A stretch of DNA of 51,076 bases. It comes from Tubiluchus corallicola. Taxonomy: Eukaryota; Animalia; Priapulida. Within the stretch, counting starts at the first letter, position 1. Every line of letters starts with the position of its first letter. The DNA is taken from positions 1 to 51,076 of the forward strand of contig JAQGDQ010001266.1 in NCBI GenBank assembly GCA_030141605.1, given 5' to 3'. Below the pieces are notes generated by a model. It did not search any database and had not been told where the DNA came from. It worked only from the letters and a program-made list of their open reading frames with translations. Made by a program: the position numbers and the translations under genes. This document shows, in pieces, positions 13,015-24,107 of the stretch.

Positions 13015-13635
13015 GACCCAATCTTAAACTATAACTCAAAACAATCTACGTTATAAAATATTGAACGCGAACATGCTTATTTTTTTTCAAAAATCACTTA
13101 CGTGAAAGAATTATTATCACAGAAATGTAATTTCGAGTTCGCGCGTCTAGTTCTTTGTTGTTTTTTGTCTTTACAGATATTTCGCCATTCACTAATTAGA
13201 TGGGCACTAGTAGCGTTTACATCTCAGGAACGCGTTGCATACAAAATAGGTGCTGTACTTCTCAGTTCACATGTGTTAAGTTGTGACGTAGTGCGCTCAT
13301 CCGTTGGCAGAACGATAAACAACTTGAAATTTGAATTTAACACTCAAAATTTGTCGAGTTTCTATATATCACACTGAATGTTGTACAGTAGCAGTGAACA
13401 TCAATTTTTTCTTTCACAAACACGTGCAGCTCCCTCTTGGAATGTTTGTGCCGTGAAAATTGTGTTCAGTTGTGATGTCATCACTAGTTGGGCTTGCCCG
13501 CCATTAATTAAATTTTTAACCTATTATTTAATTAGCAAAAATGCTTTGGCATTATTCTATGTGTTAAATTATATACTTTTTACTGTACTTCAAAATGGCT
13601 AGGACATAAAAATTATTCCTATTCTCCTCTAAAAA
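13015..13635 (-). mobile_element. Diverged MITE family B copy
   Basis: Colinear with 14649-15277. Confidence 0.75.
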
Positions 13636-13669
13636 AAGTAAGGTCTATGAGCCAGGCGACTTAGAATCC

Positions 13670-14182
13670 TTAAAGGAAAGAGCAAGTCACTCAGCATGTT
13701 GGTTTTATCTTACTGTTATTAGGTACGGATATAAAGTTATAACAAAGAAATTAGCAAAAAGACTGTGTACCAAGTTTAAAGATTCAGGCGCGACCGTAGC
13801 CGACATCCACTTGAAAATTATGACGTAACTGGCGGACTTCGTGAGTTTTCGTAAGCGCGTCGTGGCTTTCCGTATACTTAAACTAACTCAAACTTCTGCA
13901 GCTTGCTCATCGTCAGCCAAAAATATCATAAAATTAGCTAACTAATTTCTTTGTAAACACTTATTATACTTTTAAGTTTTTAAATTAATTTTCTTCAGTC
14001 GATGGGTGACGTCATTGGTGGAAGAATCGGTGATGAAAATAGTCTTATGCCAAAGGTGAAATTAACACAACATTAATGTGATTTTATCACGCTTATCACA
14101 CTTTTATTACTGTATATTTGTAATATTCCTCGCGAACATTGAAATGAGCTTAACCTCCCAGATGGCTTGATCTTTCCTTTAA
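13670..14182 (+). mobile_element. MITE family C (Kolobok-like, TTAA-flanked)
   Basis: TTAA-aggaaagagcaagtca ... tggcttgatctttcct-TTAA terminal inverted repeats. Confidence 0.8.
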
Positions 14183-14648
14183 ACGTCAGTAAAACGACTT
14201 ATAATTCTTGATTGTTCGCCTGTTCGTCTGTTCCTCCGCAGTTACTTCTATGATTCCGTCAGGGAAAAAAGGCCATTGCTGATAGGGGAATGGGGTGGGG
14301 TGGGGGGGGGGTGTCTTTGGACGAATCATGAAACCTGTACAGCACGTGTAACATACAGAAACTTAGATAAACTGAATCCCAATGCTCATTAACCGAATTA
14401 ATTAATTACGACTGTCAACTTTGAAGAAATACGCGTAGGATGGAAAGTATGATAAATCCATACCGCTGCTGGTGCGTGTGCGAACCTTTTCCACAATTAG
14501 TTAAATAATGCTCAGTCGTCGTGACTATTTAGGTTTATTAATTTACCTTTGCAGGTGGGTAGAGGTGGCTGTGTAGGTAATGTGATTTTATTCTTATGAT
14601 GACGTCATAGCGATTGATTACTGATTTGCGTGTGATTTTCGCTTGCTG

Positions 14649-15277
14649 TTAAAGCAAAACAGGAGACGAAATGTAGAACTGTAGGTAAAAACAATATACT
14701 CTTTAAAATATTAAAAGGAAACATACTATTTTTTCAAAAATAACTAACATGAAAGAATTATTACCGCACAAACACAATTTCACGTTCGCGCCACTAGTTC
14801 TTCGCTGTTACATGCATTTCACCATTCGCTAGTTAGATGGGCTCTAGCGCCTGCATTTCGTAAACGCATTGCACAGAAAACAGGTGCTGTACCTGAGGTT
14901 CAGATGTGCTAGTTTGTGACGAGCTACACACGTTCGACAGCTCATGCGTGACTACAGCGGTAAATTTAAAATTTCAATTTTTATCTTAAAACTTGCCTAG
15001 TTTTAGTACAACACACTGAATATCTTACAGTAGCACTGTACTTCAATTTTTGCTTTCGCACAAACGTGCAACACGCTCGTGGAATATTTTTGCTGCTGAA
15101 AATTATGTCAGTTTGTGACGTCATCAACAGTTGGGCTCGCCTGCCGTTAATTAAGTTTTTTAATCTATTATTTAATTATCACAAATGCTTTTGCAGTATT
15201 AATTCTGTTAAAATGTATACTTTTTATCAGACTTGAAAATGGTGTAGTATGTGAAAAATCATCCTGTCTTCCTTTAA
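14649..15277 (-). mobile_element. Full-length MITE family B (Kolobok-like, TTAA-flanked)
   Basis: TTAA-agcaaaacagga ... tcctgtcttcct-TTAA. Confidence 0.85.
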
Positions 15278-15331
15278 CTTACCAGGCACAGTGCAACAGT
15301 CAACAAAGGCTTTGCGAAAAAGTCAACTTGT

Positions 15332-15833
15332 TTAAAGGAGAAGAAACGGAATTTTAAAGCACATGACAAAGAGCTTTCTATACGAAGTTATCTTACTTTG
15401 CATGACGCTTGCCTCTTTGAAAGACTTATGTAACTGGAAATAAAATTCTTGATCATTTAAAATATTCGCTCCAACCGGTAAAACGTCACTGCATCGCTAT
15501 CCCAGTGTGCACCACTGACTCACCAAAAACACATTATTGATCTCATTGACAATATAAAGTAATTTATACTTTTGCTTAGTTAGTGAAGAGTACACTACGA
15601 ATGCTCTGATTTTTTTTTCAAACTTCACACAAACTTTACTAAAACTTGTTTCAAATGACATACCATTTAAAATGTCTGCGTCCAACGGTCATCTCGGGAG
15701 TTTAAATTTACAAGTTTTAATCAGCGTTACTCCTAAGGCAAGCTCAGTATGCAATAACATAGCATGTAATTGATACAAAATTTCAAGATGCACTTTTAAG
15801 CTTTATTCTGAAGAGTGTTTTCTTGTGCTTTAA
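15332..15833 (+). mobile_element. Diverged family A-related MITE
   Basis: TTAAaggagaagaaa ... ttttcttgtgctTTAA; 3' half colinear with 8340-8790. Confidence 0.75.
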
Positions 15834-17142
15834 TCAGTTGTAATGATTGTAAATTTATCATTTTACAGGCATTACAATCGTTGCTGATTGGCTTAGCTGT
15901 TGACTCCACATTTACAATTCGAAGGACGAGAGATATTGTTGATTGTTGTATGCTTAGCGACCGAAGTGAAGCAACACCAGACATGACCAGTAATTGGAAA
16001 GGTGATTGGCAGTTACATGTTCCTTTTGTTATTTTTCTCGTCGAGGTTTTAGATGTACCTAACTGTGGCTAAATGTCCGATTGTCTTACAATTTAGTAAC
16101 TGGTAGGTGCTGGTACTGCCACATCCAGTAGCGATGCTTTTGAATGATGGAACTCGGTTTGTAGTGTGTAGAAAACTACATAAAGAAACTTTGCTGCTGC
16201 TCATCATTGCGATAATTATCATCGTCTTCACTATTATCATTATTGGCATTTTCAATTTTTTTGCTTTGGAATTCAAATTTTTCACTGAAAAGAAGAACGA
16301 ATTTTGCAGAAAAATGTTAAACTTGAAAAAACGCAACAGTCGTGTAAGGATGTGAGTGCAAAAAGACAAATCTTAGTTACATTCACTGCAAAGCAATGAC
16401 CAAGATGTTCCTTTTTATGACTTGTTAGTGAAAAAAGTTATAGCTAGAAATCTACTGATTACTTATTAATAAAAAAGTTTACTTTTTTACAATTAAACTT
16501 ATTCAGAATAAATGATTATTATTCGTTTTTCGAAAATAATAAATTAAGGTAAATGAATATAAACATAAAATAGCACTAGTTACGTCTTCTAATGCATTCC
16601 CATTTCTCATTTGCATTCCCTTTTTGTGAACAATATCGATGACGAGATTATTAAAGATAATTATTAAAGATATTCAATAACTCGTCAAATAAAGAGAATG
16701 AATTGAACTAAAATTTCAAAGGCACAAATACAAATTAAACAAAGATTAATTAAATGAAGAATATTAGCAGGAAATATATACCTAAGTAACTGTGACGATG
16801 CTGGATTGCAGTTTTAGTGCCTGTTTTATAAACTGCCAGGAATTATCCCTGCTTAATAAGCCTTTTTACAACTTCGTTGTGCGCACGCGCAGTTGCGTAG
16901 GTCAAAGATTAAGTGTGCCACAGCAACGCGTCTCAATTACAACCGTTACGTGACATGTGAGTAAAGCAAAGTCGTCTGCCGCATTAGTTCATTATCGTCA
17001 GTTGTTTTACATGGTGTTTATTTATTACACGTTAGTCTGTAACTGGGAACCTATTACTACAAACGTTTTTATTTCTGTTTGGTATCTGGATGAGTGACGT
17101 GCAGAGAAACTACAGTTAACGTTGTTTTTTCCAGCTTGAATG

Positions 17143-17382
17143 TTAACTCCAAAGGTTTCCCGTGTTGTCTCTCCGGGCAGATGGTCCATATGGTGGAATC
17201 AGAGGTACCCGGAAGCCACTTCCATGGCCTATAAATCTCCTATCGCCAGAATTTGGTCTTCCGTTCTTGACTTGTCTTGGTCGAGAATTTCCTTGAACTT
17301 GTCTGATGTATTGGAAGGGAGAATCTACAACGTAGGAGTAACTCTCTGCACTTCCGGTTACGAGAGTAGCGCAAAATATAAC
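17143..17382 (-). CDS. Secreted-protein gene A, terminal coding exon
   Basis: Acceptor gtctttccag|, phase 0, 240 nt open to TAA: VIFCATLVTGSAESYSYVVDSPFQYIRQVQGNSRPRQVKNGRPNSGDRRFIGHGSGFRVPLIPPYGPSARRDNTGNLWS*; AATAAA ~70 nt downstream. Confidence 0.8.
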   Translation of the reverse strand, partial: VIFCATLVTGSAESYSYVVDSPFQYIRQVQGNSRPRQVKNGRPNSGDRRFIGHGSGFRVPLIPPYGPSARRDNTGNLWS

Positions 17383-17734
17383 CTGGAAAGACGAACTTCA
17401 GTTACCCAAACAGCAATTATGTAGAATTTTTATTATTTGGACCACAAGAGTTTATTAATTAACGAATGTCGAGTATTAATTAGATAGAAGTTACAGTCCA
17501 GGGCTCTAATTTGGTGAATTTTTGTAATGAAACTTACACGTAAAATGGGTGCATGAAACAATCGATATACAGTCTAGAACCACAGACCTTCTTTGCACAA
17601 GCAAAGACCATCACCACTAGGCTGCTGTGCCCCATTGTTCATGAAAGGTTCTGATTCGTTTCATGAAAAACTGCAGCAAGCAGTCTTGTTGTTGTGAAAG
17701 CGAAACGCAATCATACAATAATGTGAGCAGGACA

Positions 17735-19500
17735 GTGAGTAATATAGGTAATGCAGTGAGTAATACAGGTAATGCAGTGAGCAATACAGGTAATGCAGTA
17801 AGCAATACAGATAACGCAGTGAATAATACAGGTAATGCAGTGAGCAATACAGGTGATGCAGTGAGTAATACAGGTAATGCGGTGAGCAATACAAGTAATG
17901 CAGTGAGTAATACACGTAATACAGTAAGCAATACAGGTAATGCAGTAAGCAATACAGGCAATAAAGTAAGCAATACAGGTGATGCAGTGAATAATACAGG
18001 CAATACAGTGAGCAATACAGGTAATGCAGTGAATAATACAGGTAATGCAGTAAACAATACAGGTAATGCAGTGATAATGCAGTAAGCAATACAGGTGATG
18101 CAGTAAACAATGCAAGTAATGCAGTGAATAATACAGGTAATGCAGTGAGCAATACAGGTAATGCAGTGAATAATACAGGTAATGCAGTAAACAATACAGG
18201 TAATGCAGTGAGTAATACAGGTAATGCAGTGAGTAATACAGGTAATGCAGTAAGCAATACAGGTAATGCAGTGAATAATACAGGTAATGCGGTGAGCAAT
18301 ACAAGTAATGCAGAGAGTAATACAGGTAATACAGTAAGCAATACAGGTAATGCAGTAAGCAATACAGGCAATACAGTAAGCAATACAGGTGGTGCAGTAA
18401 ACAATACAGGTAATGCAGTAAGCAATGCAGGTAACGCAGTGAATAATACAGGTAATGCAGTGAGCAATACAGGTAATGCATTGAATAATACAGGTAATGC
18501 AGTGAGCAATACAGGAAATGCAGTGAGTAATACAGGTAATGCAGTAAGCAATACAGGTAATGCAGTAAGCAATACAGGTAATGCAGTGAGCAATACAGGT
18601 AATGCAGTGAGTAATACAGGTAATGCAGTAAGCAATACAGGTAATGCAGTGAGCAATAGGGCAATACAGTAAGCAATACAGGTAATGCAGTGAGCAATAC
18701 AGGTAATGCAGTGAATAATACAGGTAATGCAGTGAGCAATACAGGTAATGCAGTGAGTAATACAGGTAATGCAGTAAGCAATACAGGTAATGCAGTAAGC
18801 AATACAGGTAATGCAGTAAGCAATACAGGTAACGCAGTAAGCAATACAGGTAACGCAGTAAACAATACAGGTAATACAGTAAACAATACAGGTAATGCAG
18901 TAAGCAATACAGGTAATGCAGTGAGCAATACAGGTAATGCAGTGAGCAATACAGGTAATGCAGTGAGTAATACAGGTAATGCAGTGAATAATACAGGTAA
19001 TGCAGTGAGCAATACAGGTAATGCAATGAGTAATAAAGGTAATGCAGTAAGCAATACAGGTAATGCAGTAAGCAATACAGGTAATGCAGTATGCAATACA
19101 GGTAATGCAGTAAGCAATACAGGTAATGCAGTAAGCAATACAGGTAACGCAGTAAGCAATACAGGTAATGCAGTAAACAATACAGGTAATACAGTAAACA
19201 ATACAGGTAATATAGTAAACAACAGGTAATACAGTAAACAATACAGGTAATATAGTAAACAACAGGTAATACAGTAAACAATACAGGTAATAAAACAAAC
19301 AATATAAGCAATACAGTAAACAATACAGGTAATAAAACAAACAATACAAGTAATACAGTAAACAATACAGGTAATACAGTAAATAAAACAGGTAATAAAA
19401 CAAACAATACAAGTAATACAGTAAACAATACAGGTAATGCAGTAAACAATACAAGTAATACAGTAAACAATACAAGTAATACAGTAAACAATACAAGTAA
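17735..19500. repeat. 21 bp minisatellite (~80 copies) in an intron of gene A
   Basis: Unit gcagtgagcaatacaggtaat drifting to acagtaaacaatacaagtaat at the right end; explains the 600-aa ORFs in all three - frames. Confidence 0.97.
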
Positions 19501-19948
19501 CGGAAGGAGTGAAACAGGTATTACAGCAGACAGAACACTCCACTGTAGGGTTTCTGCTCATTCATAATCACTACCAAGCAGTAATAATTGTAAGCACCGC
19601 ATAATGTAAGCTAATTAAACACTGATTGATTAAAGGTGCTTGCGAACAGTAATTGCTAGGTTCTGGGTTCAAATCCCAGTTACGTCAAAATATTTCAGCG
19701 TCATTCTTCTTCATCAGTTAATTAGCTGACTAAAATTATGTTAATTATTGGTTAGGTCAAATTGTTGATTAAGATGGGTTGGTTGTTGATTACCCATAAA
19801 CCATCAACGCTACAATGCTGCATTAAATATTACATTGTATTGTATTAATTCTGGTTTGCCATAGTTCAAATTCCAAAAATATCTGTTATTAATCTAATAT
19901 ATGTAAACGAGCAATCCTAATGAAAAGTAATGTTTTTTTATTACTTAC

Positions 19949-20014
19949 GATAATAAGCGTAGTTGCAATTGTTTTGCAAACATTCATCATGGTTTTTCGT
20001 GACGTCATCTTCAT
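19949..20014 (-). CDS. Secreted-protein gene A, first coding exon (signal peptide N-part)
   Basis: Acceptor ggttttcag| at 20035, ATG at 20014, MKMTSRKTMMNVCKTIATTLII, phase-0 donor |gtaagt; splices in frame to 17382 to complete a hydrophobic signal (101 aa total, or shorter from a later Met). Confidence 0.78.
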
Positions 20015-21150
20015 TAGAAGTGTTATTCGATGTATCTGAAAACCGAATTACTACCTTTATGATATTAGTACTGAAAAATTATACCTACGATCCCGACGAA
20101 TAATTCATACTTAAGAGGTAGTTCACACTGTATGACGTTCACATGCAGAGATCATAATTAGTTAAATTACATTCATCATATGTCACTCGGTCAAGTGCAA
20201 ACAACTAAAAACACTAAATATATAAATTATTAAAGCAAATTGCAAAAACTGGCCTTCTCTTGCGCGTATATAGTAAGCCTAGAACACAATGATAGTTATT
20301 ATCACTGATTATTCCTAGCACACTTTGTCTTGTGGTGTGCTAGGAATCAGCTGCCACTCCCCTTCCATTACTGTAATAGGTAACTTTCTACATATTTTGT
20401 TTTCATTTCATATCACGTCGTTCGCCTCACACTGTAGTAGAAACACCACGTAGTATCATTTACACCTGTCTATTTTGCTTAAACTGAGGAAACTGCATTC
20501 TTTTCTACAGTATATTCATATAAAACAAGCTGTTCGCTCAAAATTTGGAAAAAAATCTGGAGTTGGGTGCGGGAAAACGTCCGCTACGGGACGCCGTGGC
20601 CCTCCCGCGAATTCTGTTATTCCTATAACGCCCTCTATTGATCGATCTATGCAACCATTATCAGCGCCACACCGTGGCCCATTCCCGTTCTCTAGAAGTA
20701 AGAGGTATAAGTTTCACAAAAATCAGACAAAATGGCGGCGACTTTGGCCTGTAGATTCGAAAAATAAGCCATCATTGAGACGACATCAGATCTTTCGTTT
20801 ATTATATAGATCGCAAAACATGGTGATCACCGAATTAATTATAGATGCCTTTCTCTTTGAAAGTTTATTTTGAAGCTGTGCAGGTATCCACGCTAGCTAT
20901 TAGGTTTGTTTACTTATAGCTGTGATACGAAATAAAAATAACATTATCATTTTTACAGGTATTAAATGATTCTTTCTTTTACAATGCAGTGCTGATGATT
21001 CCTTGCAGGGATTTCATGTTTACTATATTCTCAAATGTTTGATGGTCATTGAGCAAAATGCGCAGTCATGTTCTGTGAAATTTCGAAAAGGTTTTTTGAT
21101 CTGTGATATACTTGCTGGTTTGATATGATTAAGCTTGTAGAATGATAAAC

Positions 21151-21775
21151 TTAAAGGAAGACAGGATGATTTTTCATATACTAGCTCATTTTCCAGTACG
21201 GTAAAAACTATACATTTTAACATCAATACTACTGCAAACGCGTTTGTGGTAATTAAATAATAGATTAAAATCTTGATTAACGGCGGGCAAGCTCAATTAT
21301 TGATGACATCACAAACTAACATAACTTTCAACAGCAAAAACATTCCATGAGCGTGTTGCACCTGTTTGCGAAAGCGAAAATTGTAGTACAGTGCTACTGT
21401 AAGATATTCAGTGCGTTGTACTAAAACTAGGCAAGTTTTAAGATAAAAATTTAAATTTCAAATTTACCGCTGTACTCGCGCATGAGTTGCCGAACGTGTG
21501 CAGTTCGTCACAAATTAACGCATCTTATCTAAGAGGTACAGCGCCTGTTTTTGTTCAATGCGTTTCTGAAATGCAACGTTAGTGCCCGTCTAACTAGCGA
21601 ATGGTGAAATGCATGTAACAGTGAAGAACTAGTGGCGCGAACGTGAAATTGTGTTTGTGTAGTAATAATTCTTTCACGTAAATCATTCTTTAAAAATAGT
21701 ATGTTTCTTTTGAATATTTTGAATAGTAGATCGTTTTGTGATACAATTTAAGATTGGATCCGGTTTTGCTTGAAA
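21151..21775 (+). mobile_element. Full-length MITE family B copy
   Basis: TTAAaggaagacaggatg ... ggatccggttttgctt. Confidence 0.85.
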
Positions 21776-21966
21776 CAAATGATACAGACAGTCTAAGCCG
21801 TGGTAGTAATACATTATTTTTTTACAGCCAAAGTAGAAATTATTTCCATCTAATGCTTGCTCTACTACTTGATATAATTCGAAAGAGAACAATATATCAT
21901 TTTAATACCAAATAATTAATCTTAACATGTCTACAAAACTAACACGTAAATGAAAATACCTCTTAC

Positions 21967-22066
21967 CTTTTCAATGAGCTCAAAACGATTAAACTTTATT
22001 CGAAATGAATCTTCACCTGATCTTTGCATATAATCGAATCAGTTTGATAAAGGATGAGTTTTATAT
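21967..22066 (-). promoter_or_regulatory. Candidate TATA box and 5' UTR exon of gene A
   Basis: - strand TATAAAA at ~22059-22065, followed ~90 nt later by a strong donor AAG|gtaaga. Confidence 0.5.
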
Positions 22067-22250
22067 GAACAACAAGCACGCGAGTTGTGTTTATATAACC
22101 GCTCCACTGACCCACATTACAAAGTGAATTCGCTGGAACATTCAACTCACAAACTTTCATTTTTCAATAGTTGATGGTTCAAGACTTGCAGTGACCTTCC
22201 TCATTTCTTTGGCTTGTTTCTGTGAATATTTGCAACTCTAAACTGTTTCT

Positions 22251-22470
22251 ACAGACTTCTCCTCAACCGGACGCACAGCCTTGATAATAACCTAGGTGCC
22301 AGTACTGCCATAAACATTCGCATTAATTAGACTCCGGTTTTCAGCATGGTAAGGTTTTTAAAAAAATGTACAGACTTCTCCTCAACCGGACGCACAGCCT
22401 TGATAATAACCTAGGTGCCAGTACTGCCATAAACATTCGCAGACTCCGGTTTTCAGCATGATAAGTTTTT
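22251..22470. repeat. Near-perfect ~118 bp direct duplication upstream of gene A
   Basis: acagacttctcctcaaccggacgcac...agactccggttttcagcatg occurs at 22251 and ~22370. Confidence 0.9.
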
Positions 22471-22519
22471 TAGAATATGTTCTTAATCTCATCTTTGTTT
22501 TAATAGGGAAGAAAGGAGG

Positions 22520-22905
22520 ATTTAAAAGAATATCGGAAAAAAAATTTTAATACAAAGTTACGTTACTTTACATTACGCTTAGCTGTTTGAAAGATTTACG
22601 TAACTGAAGGAAAATTCTTAGTAATTTAAAATGCCAACTGGTAGAGCGTCACTGCATTGCCATCCCAGTGTGCACCACTGACTCACCAGAAATGCACTAG
22701 TGATCTTATTCACAATATAAAGTAATTTAAAGTTTCCCTTAAGAGTGCGCTACGAATTATTCTGATTACTTTTTAAACTTTATGCAATGTTATTTAAACT
22801 TCTTTCAAACGAATTACAGTTAAGATGGCTACGCATAACGGTCAGTACGGCATTTGAAGTTTTAAGTTTTACACAACGTTACTGCTAACGCAAGCTCTGT
22901 ATGCA
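22520..22905 (+). mobile_element. Diverged family A-related MITE fragment
   Basis: cgtcactgcattgccatcccagtgtgcaccactgactcacca shared with 15484-15525. Confidence 0.65.
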
Positions 22906-23650
22906 ATGAGACAGCAGGTATGTGATTTTCTGTCATTATTAGATTTTACTACGAAGATTAGCGAACAGCCACAACAAGACAGTGCCAATAGTTCAAAAGG
23001 GAGACATGCACGTGCTATGGTAAAAATAACGCCCTTCTTACAGGCCAAATTAATGATACAAAAGATTTACAATGTAGTCTATGACACATCCAAATTATAA
23101 ATTTTACTATGGGAACAAAACAACTTTTACAGAGTAATGTCATCTTCATGTTTATTTATATACATTACACGCCGTGCACGGGGGGGGGGGTGAGCCAATG
23201 CAAATACAACCAAAGTTGTCGCCCATTACACATAGTGCACGGTAATGGGGGGGGCGGTGTTGGAGGGGAGCCACTGCGAATATAACGAAAATAGTCGACC
23301 ATTACATTTTTAATGGGGGGGGGGGGACCCACTGCGAATACAAAACTATCAATTTGGTAATTAAATATACGACAATTAGAAGAGAAATTACTGGTTGATA
23401 AACTGAAATTTGTAAAAGCTGTGTCATAGAGACGGGATAATATGTCATAGAGATGGGATAATATGTCATAGAGATGGGATACTATGAAAAGAACAAAGTA
23501 TTCCCTGGCGAATAACATAAAAACTATTTAAGGTGTAGGAAGCGTCGCGGACAGTTGCAAATGCAAAACAGTTACACGATTTCAAGCATTTCTTCAAGCC
23601 ACATTCATAGGTAGTTTTGACCTTGTAAAGGTAACATAGCATACGTGATC

Positions 23651-24107
23651 TTAACCCTTTCATTCCCAAATTATTTTTTTAATAAGAAAATTGTTTTGGC
23701 ATGGTACTTTTGTTCAGTATGTCCATCTTGTTTACACATAATAATTTTTTTTTCTACCTGTGCCCGCGTGCTAAATATAGCCTGTATCCCACGGGATACA
23801 TTGGGATTCAATGGGAGCATAAAATGTGCTTCATTTTGCAACTGCTGATAATTTTTTAAGACATTTAGTATGCATGCTATGCTGATCTGTACAAAGTCGT
23901 CTCTAAAGTACTGTACTTTGAGCAGCTTTTTATGCTATGTAGATTTTCTAGTTTGCCATTTTATCACCATTTTTAGTCTATTGTTATTGACTTAAATCAA
24001 AATAATTATTAACAGATCAGATAACTATCAGTTTTAAAATTTTATTATTTTTAAAGGCAAAAAATATTCTCGTATCCCACGGGATACAACGGGTATGAAA
24101 GGGTTAA
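23651..24107. mobile_element. piggyBac-like MITE
   Basis: TTAA-ccctttcattccc ... gggtatgaaaggg-TTAA; internal palindrome gtatcccacgggatac present twice (~23785, ~24072). Confidence 0.85.

Noticed and set aside
15278-15331. - strand RKAFVDCCTVP followed by gtaag as an A-chain piece
   Set aside because: Only ~55 bp between two MITEs, no acceptor, missing later cysteines, and upstream of the B-chain exon.
15869-16072. RRTRDIVDCC on + strand as an insulin A chain
   Set aside because: Wrong strand relative to the B-chain exon and lacks the CC-x3-C-x8-C spacing.
17617-19561. 600-aa Cys/Leu/Tyr-rich ORFs and SNTGNAV ORFs
   Set aside because: All frames of a 21 bp minisatellite; frames shift at indels and the array lies in an intron of gene A.
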